Shown in pieces: positions 47,459-55,828 of a stretch of 64,000 nucleotides of DNA. A program made the translations under genes and the position numbers. Each line of letters starts with the position of its first letter. Position 1 is the stretch's first letter. The notes under the pieces were generated by a model. The model worked only from the letters and a program-made list of their open reading frames with translations, did no database searches and had not been told where the DNA came from. This DNA is from Paramoeba atlantica (Eukaryota; Protista; Discosea). Location of the stretch: positions 186,001 to 250,000 of the forward strand of contig CDRNVI010000051.1 in the NCBI GenBank assembly GCA_977017575.1, given 5' to 3'.

Positions 47459-49189
47459 TCACTTCTGTGACACAGGTAACACCTGACACTGTTCGATACA
47501 ATCCATAACCCACTTTGGGGAGACAACAAGGCAGTGTTTCGGTAGGGCTACCACAGAGGCATCCGCCTTGTCATGACATATGAAGCATACCTTTTTGGAG
47601 CTTTGTTTGATACCACAAAATTCCTCCATGTCCTCGAGACAATGCATACCACATTTCTCCAGCAAATGCGCGAGTTGTGGTTTCGTGGGTTCCTTTATAT
47701 CCCCCGATAGGGAGTGAAGGGAAATAAACCCGGAGTAGCCCGCAAAGAGCTGGCTAAGCTCCGGCACTGTTTTTCGTGCCCCACCCCCTGGGAGGGAGGT
47801 GGCAAGCCGAGCACGGTGTTTCAAATACGCCACCGTGTGGTAGGGGGTGGGATCGACCAACGCCCCCTCACACAGGGAGGCGTACAGCCACGCGACCCGA
47901 ACAATCGGGAGCGCGGTGGCGTAAGCGTAGACCACTTTCATGGTGCGCAGCGTGCGTGCGGGGGTAACCAGGATGGTAGGGGCGGGGCAGGACACGCGAG
48001 CAAGTACTGCACCGCGATTTGAGGCTTTGGTAAATGTTTTGGTAGGAGGTCCAGAGGTTGATATTATTGGGGTTTGGGAGAGTAAGAAAGGATCCTCGAC
48101 GAGCTGTCCTCCAAGGGTTTGCACAATAGGTATGAGAGGATCCGTGTCGGTTCCGGAGATGAGAATCACATGCTTTGAAATTTCGTTCTTGGTGAGTTTG
48201 GAAGCTTTTTCTGAAGAGCTTTTGTTTACCTTTTTCGAATTTGGTTCAGTAGCATCACTGCTAGATATCCCTTGCTTGGATGTTCGTTTCCTTGCATTTT
48301 CATCGGACGGATTTTGGCTATTCGTGCCAGGTGATTTGCATTTCACAGAACGCTTCGTCTTGCTGTTCGTTTTGTTCTTAGTGGTCGTTTCCACAGCTGT
48401 ATGGTTACCTTGTTCGTCACGCGCACTTTGGAACTTCTTTTTTGAAGTAACCTCTTTCTGGACTTCTTTGGCATTTTGCGACAGCCCCACAAGCTCCGAG
48501 GCCGTTGTCCCCAATAATGGGGTTAAAGTCGGAGTGTTTTTCGGAGATTTATCCGAGCTATTGAACTGTGATTGAAAAATAGCTGCAAGGGGGGAGCTTA
48601 ATGAATTGAGCGAAGCCCGCACCCCTTGAGCATCCGCCGAACTGGTGACACTCTCCGTACCCGTATTTCTTGAAATGAATGCAATGCTCCCAGGAGAGGC
48701 CTTTGCAAGCGTGCTCCTTTTTAAGCCGCGCGGCACATTTCCTTGCTTTGGTTCACGTAGTGCGTCGACTTGTGAAGGTAATGTACGCATTGGGTTCGTA
48801 GTTTTTGGAGGAGAGGGAGTACCTGTTTCGGAGTCTAAAAGAGTCTGCGGGGGACGTGGAGGTGTCCGTGTCATTTGTTGTTCGTTTTTATCTGCTGTGT
48901 ACCCTACTGACTTTTGTTCTGTGTTCATGGGTTGGTACATTTGAATCGGTAAGCAACGCTTTTGGAAATGACAAGATTGTACCCAGGAGGGCGAGGTGAC
49001 TGGGATGGACCTTTCCTGCGCATGTCGGAGTGTGTCCGGCGAGCCTTTGTGAAACACAATCATATTTACGTTCTCCAGGGTAGGAGAGTACACAACCCCA
49101 AGTGAACGAAGTTGCCGTTTTAATTCATCCTTGCGAAAAGTACTATCGCTCTTCACGCTGAGGTAAACACGGAGATCTTCAAATTTCAT
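47459..49189 (-). CDS. BRCT-domain protein (N-terminal BRCT, long S/T/K linker, C-terminal BRCT pair)
   Basis: LRSLGVVY..NMIVF..IPVTSPSWVQSC; TMKVVYAYATALPIVRVAWLYASL; LLEKCG..VVSPKWVMDCI. Confidence 0.8.
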   Translation of the reverse strand: MKFEDLRVYLSVKSDSTFRKDELKRQLRSLGVVYSPTLENVNMIVFHKGSPDTLRHAQERSIPVTSPSWVQSCHFQKRCLPIQMYQPMNTEQKSVGYTADKNEQQMTRTPPRPPQTLLDSETGTPSPPKTTNPMRTLPSQVDALREPKQGNVPRGLKRSTLAKASPGSIAFISRNTGTESVTSSADAQGVRASLNSLSSPLAAIFQSQFNSSDKSPKNTPTLTPLLGTTASELVGLSQNAKEVQKEVTSKKKFQSARDEQGNHTAVETTTKNKTNSKTKRSVKCKSPGTNSQNPSDENARKRTSKQGISSSDATEPNSKKVNKSSSEKASKLTKNEISKHVILISGTDTDPLIPIVQTLGGQLVEDPFLLSQTPIISTSGPPTKTFTKASNRGAVLARVSCPAPTILVTPARTLRTMKVVYAYATALPIVRVAWLYASLCEGALVDPTPYHTVAYLKHRARLATSLPGGGARKTVPELSQLFAGYSGFISLHSLSGDIKEPTKPQLAHLLEKCGMHCLEDMEEFCGIKQSSKKVCFICHDKADASVVALPKHCLVVSPKWVMDCIEQCQVLPVSQK

Positions 49190-49262
49190 ATTAGAACCAT
49201 AATAAATCTAATAAAAAATCCCAGGCTTAAACGTAGTATGCGTTGATGTGTTCAACAAGGTA

Positions 49263-49661
49263 TTAGAGCCAAGTTTTACAAAAGTTACATATCCCTACCA
49301 CCGCCTGAGAATTACTTGTAAGTTGTAAGTTAAAATTGTAACTTACAACCTTGTAGGTTATCCAATAGCGGAGACACTCAGCGAGGAGCGCAAGCGATTC
49401 TCCATACCGTGGAAGCCCTGAAGGCTGGTATCGTTGCAGAGGGAGATCCCTCTCTCTGCTTCGGAGTCTGAAGGCGTCCGCCTTGGCGTCTGGTCCATAT
49501 TGTGCACGCTGGGAAACTATACGTTGGTGGTTCGTGAACCGATCAAACACTTCAACCCGCCTGCGCTCCCCACCACGCTCCCCGCCGCTCTCCACGCCAC
49601 ACTCCCCGCCGCGCTCCTTTTCGACCCCCTGCGCCGCCCTCGGCAACACCCCCATTGCCAA
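49263..49661 (-). CDS. Short ORF of uncertain status; weak XRN-like motifs
   Basis: AMGVLPRA and LAECLRYWITYK recall XRN DGVAPRAK and LAKCLRYYI, but the FDSNCITPGT motif is absent. Confidence 0.25.
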   Translation of the reverse strand: MAMGVLPRAAQGVEKERGGECGVESGGERGGERRRVEVFDRFTNHQRIVSQRAQYGPDAKADAFRLRSRERDLPLQRYQPSGLPRYGESLALLAECLRYWITYKVVSYNFNLQLTSNSQAVVGICNFCKTWL

Positions 49662-50571
49662 GCGCCTTGCATGGGTCGCCCGGTGTCAGGATAACAAGAC
49701 ACTAAACAACTAGGGCATGACACCTAATTCTCCCGGAGGAAGCAACTCGGGTGTCAACATGCTGCGGTTGAGCCTAGGCTCTCGCGCTGTAGATTTGCTC
49801 CCCGCGTGGGGCACCCGCACTGCTACCTACGCGGAAAGTGAGGAGGCCACATCTGTTGGGAGACAAACGGCCCGGACCCAACAACAACAACATTTCATGA
49901 ACCACTATTTTCATGAAATGGTTCATGAACCAGTAATAACTTAGTAAGAGGAAGGGCACCCTCCCTCTCAGGAGAATCTGGCTGAGCTGCTTAGCCGACA
50001 TTCATTGAGGATCATTTATTAGATGAGGCCCATGCCTACACTACTAGCACATATTACCGGCGCAACGATGTTTACTCAATAGCTATATACAAAAACAAAG
50101 TGTGCACATTTGATATTGGACCTTGTTGTTTCTTTATTTTGCATTGTAACTGAGGAAAGATCCGTGAATTTCGACGTAAGAGTGGTGAATGAGCTTTCTA
50201 AACTATACTCAGTGAGAAAAGGTTCCAAGCTAATGCAAGACGTACAGAAACGAAATATAGAAACTTACGTGAGGTCCGGTCTATTTCCGAGCGAAAATTT
50301 TGTATGTCTGCTAAGGAGGAGGATGGCAGCATCTTGACTGTGAAAAGCCTGGATGACGTTGGCTGACGTACTGGTTGCGTGAGGAGGTGATACAGGATAA
50401 ATTACAACACTTAAAAGGGACTATGCTTTCGTCTCGAATAGCGAAGGCCGTTCCAATTTGATAGCGTCACAGAACACCTCAGTGTCTTTCGGTCTCAACA
50501 ATATCACAAAATTTGCTGATCGTAAAGCTTAATACAGTTTCTGTACTTTGTTCGTACTTTTTCCTTAGTTA

Positions 50572-50897
50572 CCGTATACCCCCCCCAGTAATAAATACTT
50601 AATTTAGAATCGATTTTGGACCCAAATGGCCAAATCTCTGTTACTGGGGGGTATGCTTTTTTGGTGGGAAAAGACCTTTTTTGTTCATGGGTGCATTGAT
50701 TTTCTGCCCAGACAACCCCGCAACTACGCCATTCGCTCCCGCGCAACCGCCCTCACCCAGCTCAGCGACCCCCACCCGCTCAAACACCCCCTCCCCCCTC
50801 CAACCACCCTCCCGAGCTAAATCTCTGTTACTGGGGCAGCTCAAAAATGGCCAAATCTCTATTACAGGGGGGGGTCTATTACTGGGGGGGTATACGG
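50572..50897. mobile_element. TA-flanked MITE (Tc1/pogo type) inserted in the dispersed repeat
   Basis: ta|CCGTATACCCCCCCAGTAATA...TATTACTGGGGGGGTATACGG|ta; internal repeats of ccaaatctct.ttac.ggg. Confidence 0.9.
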
Positions 50898-51432
50898 TAA
50901 TCCCTTCTTTCCCCGGCAACGGGCATACTCTTACTGTATTTTTATGCCCGTTGCTGGCCGGCATTAAGATCGGAACTGTCCCTCTTGTCGCTGAAGCAGG
51001 GGACGCGCCTTCACGCCTTCACCCTTCCCCGACTCACTCCCCCGGAGTGAGTGTGCTTCCCCCTGTCGGCTTTCTTCGACTCGTTTTTTCCTCTCCGAGA
51101 GGGCCATGCGTCACGGTGGCCTCCCTTGAGGACCACTAGACGTGTCCTCCGCCGACGAGACTCTCGGCTCTCTGCACCTGGCGGTGGCCCTGCTCCCCGC
51201 ACCTCGACTCTGTCAGCGCTCTCTGCACCCGGATTGCCCCCGAAACTGTAATATGGGGATTGCGCATCCGGCTCTCTGCACCTGCACATGACAACCGAGT
51301 TCTCTGCACCTGGGACGCCAGCTCTCCGCACCCGCACACCTCCGGCGAGGACGAAACCTCACATGATCCACCCGTCGTATGCGGGATAAGGACATAGTGA
51401 GTAAATCTCTGCACTATAAGTGCATGATCAAA

Positions 51433-52785
51433 CTACAAATACAGTACTGGTACGTATTTTTGATCGCAGGATGCACTAAGGTCTTCCCCTGTACTCCGTA
51501 CCTCGGTATCCTGAGAAATGTTTGCATTTCCAACTATCGCAATAAAAGGCTCATTCAGTACTCTCGATCGGGTAAGTAAGGCGTCTGGATTCCAATAGTA
51601 GTTCTTCGAAGGATTGTGGTGAATGTAATCAAGCAATTCCGCTGAGTTCCAAATTTCAACTTCTGCAGGCACATGTTGGATAGGAGACGACAGCATTACT
51701 TCAATTGCTGATCTAGAAGCACTGACCGAAGGTTTGACAGCCTCCACTTGTGAAGCACGAAGAAAACCATCGACTACAGGAAGCATCGTACACGCCTGCG
51801 TCACATGGCTCATGTACCCGTCCGCGCTCCTCACGCCGGATTCGTCCAGTTTTCTAGCCTCGGAATCCGTCATTTCCACAGACCCTTTCAAAGCCTCACG
51901 CGAGGGTAAATCAACACCCATTGCATGAACCAGCACACAAGCCCACAACCACACCCGCAGTGGGGGGCTATTTGTTCTTAGGCAAAGCTCACGGTACATC
52001 CCCTCCCATATCGGCATCCATTCCGCACAGGATTTCAATTTTCGGTTCAAAAACGATTTCGCATTTTCCGTTTTTTCATCCTCAGCCAAGGAACTCGAAT
52101 TTCCAGACTTTTTCTCATGATCATTTGACATGTCTCGCAACATTGTTGTTGTTGTCATGATATTACTCCCAATTGGGTAGGCCATTTTCAGCCAACGTAA
52201 CCATCCATCATAGACGGAGCGTCGTGTCCTGCATATCTCGATCGCGATCCACCACGCAAGTCGGAGGCGCTGGTCGTTTTTAAAAACAGTGCGCGTGATG
52301 GAGGAATGAATCTCATGCGTGAGTTCTACAATATTTGTCGTGCACACACAGAGCGAGTAGGGAAGCGCGGCAAGTAAGATCAGGGAAGGGGTGGGCTTGT
52401 TTTCCTCCTCGGTAGAAAACAATGCTTCACCACATTTCCCTCTGGTAAAAGAAGATTCTTCTTCACAACCTTTCATAGGGTTACGTAGGATAAGATGGTA
52501 TTCCGGAATGCACAGGGGGGAGCGTGCTCCAGGTACTCCTCCGGGTTCGGCACATTTTTGTCTTTTTTTTGCTTTCACCATTTCAAGTGCGCTATGCAAC
52601 ACAACGCCCTTGGAGAGTGCCCATAAGAGGTAGGAGTGTGGTAACACCGGTGGGGAGGTGGCACGGTTGGCTGGAGGAACGGATAAGGAGGATGGCGTGC
52701 TGTTCATTCGAGAGGGGGAGGACACACTTGAAAACGTACTGTTTTGGGGCATGGCCCTACGAATTGAACGGGAGGCAAATCTCAT
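51433..52785 (-). CDS. Divergent SET-domain (LSMT/SETD3-like) protein
   Basis: LLWALSKGVVLH, CIPEYHLIL, WWIAIEI..SVYDGWLRWL, VWLWACVLV, MLPVVDGF follow the order of LSMT-class motifs; NH motif absent. Confidence 0.5.
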   Translation of the reverse strand: MRFASRSIRRAMPQNSTFSSVSSPSRMNSTPSSLSVPPANRATSPPVLPHSYLLWALSKGVVLHSALEMVKAKKRQKCAEPGGVPGARSPLCIPEYHLILRNPMKGCEEESSFTRGKCGEALFSTEEENKPTPSLILLAALPYSLCVCTTNIVELTHEIHSSITRTVFKNDQRLRLAWWIAIEICRTRRSVYDGWLRWLKMAYPIGSNIMTTTTMLRDMSNDHEKKSGNSSSLAEDEKTENAKSFLNRKLKSCAEWMPIWEGMYRELCLRTNSPPLRVWLWACVLVHAMGVDLPSREALKGSVEMTDSEARKLDESGVRSADGYMSHVTQACTMLPVVDGFLRASQVEAVKPSVSASRSAIEVMLSSPIQHVPAEVEIWNSAELLDYIHHNPSKNYYWNPDALLTRSRVLNEPFIAIVGNANISQDTEVRSTGEDLSASCDQKYVPVLYL

Positions 52786-53239
52786 GGAAAAGAAAATCCC
52801 GTCGTGAGAGGTTTAGTGATGGACCACTGTGTAGGGAGTCACGGGGCAAATCGTAGCACTCGCTATTGCAAGCCTAAACGCAACAAAAACTTTCCCTTAC
52901 TTAATTAGGAACAGTGAACCTTCTACCATGTGTTATGAAAATCTGTTATAAAACGTTTTGTTTGTTTATAGTATTAGCAACAGTGGTACAACTGTATTCT
53001 ACATGTGTGGGGCTGCGCGTGAAACATCGATGAAACCTCGCGAAACCTCGAAACCACCATTGAACCCTTACTGAAACCTCGCGAAATCAACATTTGAGGC
53101 AGCTGGTTCCGCAGGATACTGCCTTGTAAATAGTCAACACGCAGTCAACTAAGACTCCATCTGCGTTGCAAGAAATACGGTCCCAGTTAAAGTCACGGGG
53201 GTCAGTGCTCCAACTCTCTTGGGGATTCGGGACCTATGA

Positions 53240-53818
53240 AATCACGTTGGCCAGCAAGACTTTCGGGGGCAACAGTGCGTTGCGGACTCTACTAGGTCGT
53301 GTGTTTGTTTTCAAGTCGACGAGACATTTTTCTCCAAAATCAAAATAGGGAGGGCAAACAGGAACAGACGAGTACGTCAAGAGGGGAGCGATGTCGTACA
53401 AAATTTGGCGGACACGACCCGAGATGCGAAACTGAAACAAATGTTTGTGACTTTCGTACCCGATAGGAGAGCGGAAACGTTGGTACCACTCGTTGAAGGA
53501 AAGGCTCGAGGACCCCGTTGTTGCATCTGGACCGATGGAGCACGCCACAACCAGACGGGTTTCTCAGGCAAGTACTGCTGGAGCCAAGTAGTCCATCGGA
53601 ATGAATGGGTAACACCAGAAGATGTGCACACAAATACCGTTGAAGGAGGCAATTCGATGCTCAAAAAGCGATTGATTTGCGAAGGAGGGAGTTTGGGGCG
53701 AGAAGGGGAAAGAAAAGAAAGACTCGGTGCTATTGCGGAAAAATGTAACGGTTCTCTTGAAATTCGTATTTTGGAAGATGTAAAGCTATTCTGCTCGGAA
53801 CGTTCACTGATAGAATGA
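53240..53818 (+). mobile_element. Merlin/IS1595-family transposase core (open frame without a clear ATG)
   Basis: FQVDETFF (about 53309), VPDRRAETL, IWTDG, VVH..HTNTVEG; all three DDE residues present. Confidence 0.85.
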
Positions 53819-54317
53819 AGATGAAAACTAGAAGATGTCAAGGTAAAGCTGGAAACTGTGAAATTCACACTACGGGGTGATAAGTTAATAAAGGGGAAAA
53901 GTGTACAATCTTCCTTGAATGTGACCCTAATTTCAGACCTTTTGATGCGTGTTTTACGCTTCATAAAAGTAAGCAAATTACAAATATGAAAGCACAACAT
54001 TAAATGAATCTTAGAACTTGACATGCCCTCAAATCAATAGAACACGCCCGTCAACGGCGAGACCGTCTTCCAGGCGAGAAAATTTCAGCACTATTTCCAA
54101 CTCGGCATAAAGCAGGGTCACGAGAGCCAGATAACTTTTTGATAACGGAAAAGGTTGGCACATGGAATATACACTGGTGTACCTGAAAAAACAAGGTTCG
54201 TCCTACATATCCCCAGCCCTCCGCCAGCGCCTCACTCAACCTGCATGGCCCATCGTTTTTGCTATTTCCCTACCCAACCCCTCCCCCCCCCTCTCTCACC
54301 AACCCCCCCCCTTCCCG

Positions 54318-55508
54318 CTAACCCGGTGTGTGCGTTTTCAAACTCTCCTGGAGCAGAAAATCCAGCACCCGCTGCCGCACCCGCTCCAGGTACACCACCT
54401 CCGCGGCGACCTGCGCGAGCGCGGCAAAGTCCCCCCCGGCGTACGCCGCCTGGGCGCGTGCCCAGTACTGCGCGATCTCCCGCTCCACCCGCTCCACGGT
54501 GGCCCGCAGCGTGGGCTCCGGCACGGGCACCGCCCGCATCGCGGCCTCCACGGCCTCGTTGGCGTCTAACATTCTCGAGAGGAACGCGGGGGGGAGGGGG
54601 AGGGGGCGGCCGCCGGTGTCGGGGTTGGGGTTCGCCCCGTGGAGGGCGAGGAGGTGACGACAGCGGCCGGAGGGGGTGCGTAGGGTGTGGAACGCGAGGT
54701 TGAGTTCCATACTGCGGTGGGGGGGTTGTTGCTGGGTTTGTGGTTGTGGTTCTACGGGGTGAGTAGTCGTATCATGTCGAGTATCACTTGGGGCACCCTG
54801 TGTTTGTTGTTGTTGTGTTTGTTGTTGTTGTGGTTGTTGTTGTTGTGGTTGTTGTTGTTGTGTTTGTTGTTGTTGTGGTTGTTGTTGTTGTGGTTGTTGT
54901 TGTTGTGTTTGTTGTTGTTGTGTTTGTTGTTGTTGTGTTTGTTGTTGTTGTGTTTGTTGTTGTTGTGTTTGTTGTTGTTGTGTTTGTGGTTGTTGTTGTG
55001 GTTGTTGCGGTTGTTCTACGGGGTGAGTATTGGAGCGACTAGCATCGTTTTGGTCACCCTGTGTGTGTTGCTGTTGTGTTTGTTGTTGTTGTTCTACGGG
55101 GTGAGTAATAGTAGAGGGTGAAACGTCACTCTCGTGGCCGACTTGTTGTTCTTGTTCTACTTCGGGGGAAGCAGAAAATGTAATGTCGGGGTGACATTGG
55201 AGTTGGGCCTCGTGATAATGACGCGAGAGGGTTTGGTGCCAGGCGTGAGGGTCCGAAGGGATAATACAACGAGGGACGTGGAGAAGAGAAAAGTAGTCGG
55301 AAGTTTGGGATGACGAAATGGGGGAGCGGGAGGCAGACGATGCGCGAGGAGTTGTTGAAGGGCCTTTGTTGTTGTTATTGTTCGAGGAAAGAGACGAACA
55401 CATTCGGAACGCTGTGGTGCAAGAAAGGACGGAGAAGGGGAGCGGAGTACGAATCAAGGGAAGGCGGGATAAGGAATACGTGGGACGTGGAAGGTGGCGG
55501 GTCTTCAT
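54318..55508 (-). CDS. HSCB: HscB/Jac1 Fe-S cluster co-chaperone with polyQ insertion in the J domain
   Basis: DYFSLL..LQCHPD..LNLAFHTLRTPSGRCRHLL..PAFLSRMLDANE, followed by a helical C-domain. Confidence 0.85.
   Translation of the reverse strand: MKTRHLPRPTYSLSRLPLIRTPLPFSVLSCTTAFRMCSSLSSNNNNNKGPSTTPRASSASRSPISSSQTSDYFSLLHVPRCIIPSDPHAWHQTLSRHYHEAQLQCHPDITFSASPEVEQEQQVGHESDVSPSTITHPVEQQQQTQQQHTQGDQNDASRSNTHPVEQPQQPQQQPQTQQQQTQQQQTQQQQTQQQQTQQQQTQQQQPQQQQPQQQQTQQQQPQQQQPQQQQTQQQQTQGAPSDTRHDTTTHPVEPQPQTQQQPPHRSMELNLAFHTLRTPSGRCRHLLALHGANPNPDTGGRPLPLPPAFLSRMLDANEAVEAAMRAVPVPEPTLRATVERVEREIAQYWARAQAAYAGGDFAALAQVAAEVVYLERVRQRVLDFLLQESLKTHTPG
54800..55010. repeat. 15-bp tandem repeat encoding (T/P)QQQQ inside HscB
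   Basis: tgttgttgttgtg(t/g)t units on the + strand. Confidence 0.95.
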
Positions 55509-55509
55509 A

Positions 55510-55535
55510 CTACTAAAAAAAGGGAAATTAAAGAG
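55510..55535 (-). promoter_or_regulatory. Putative polypyrimidine tract plus AG trans-splice acceptor just upstream of HscB
   Basis: Minus strand reads CTCTTTAATTTCCCTTTTTTTAG TAGT ATG. Confidence 0.5.
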
Positions 55536-55828
55536 TGGATAATTGTAAGGAATAGGACAAAAAATTGGCCAAACTGAAGCGATATTCTTTTTTTCACCTT
55601 TTTTACAAACATTTTCATAAAAACGGTGCCATTATGCGTTGAAACCCCACTGCGCAACTACTTTTAAAGTACTGTCCCCACTTAAGCTTTTCCACCACGG
55701 CGAATTCGTTTCGTAGCTCGACCCTAAAATATACTCGACCCTACACATGTACATGAACAGTATACTAGCTACAAAGAGTTCACACGTAGTTAAACTACGT
55801 CACGAGATGAAACCGACTTCTACTGGCT

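Noticed and set aside
51167-51332. CRISPR-like array
   Set aside because: Repeats are only 12 nt, degenerate and irregularly spaced; there are no cas genes; the context is eukaryotic.
54687-55121. Poly-Leu/Val hydrophobic ORFs
   Set aside because: Reverse-strand readings of the HscB CAA repeat.
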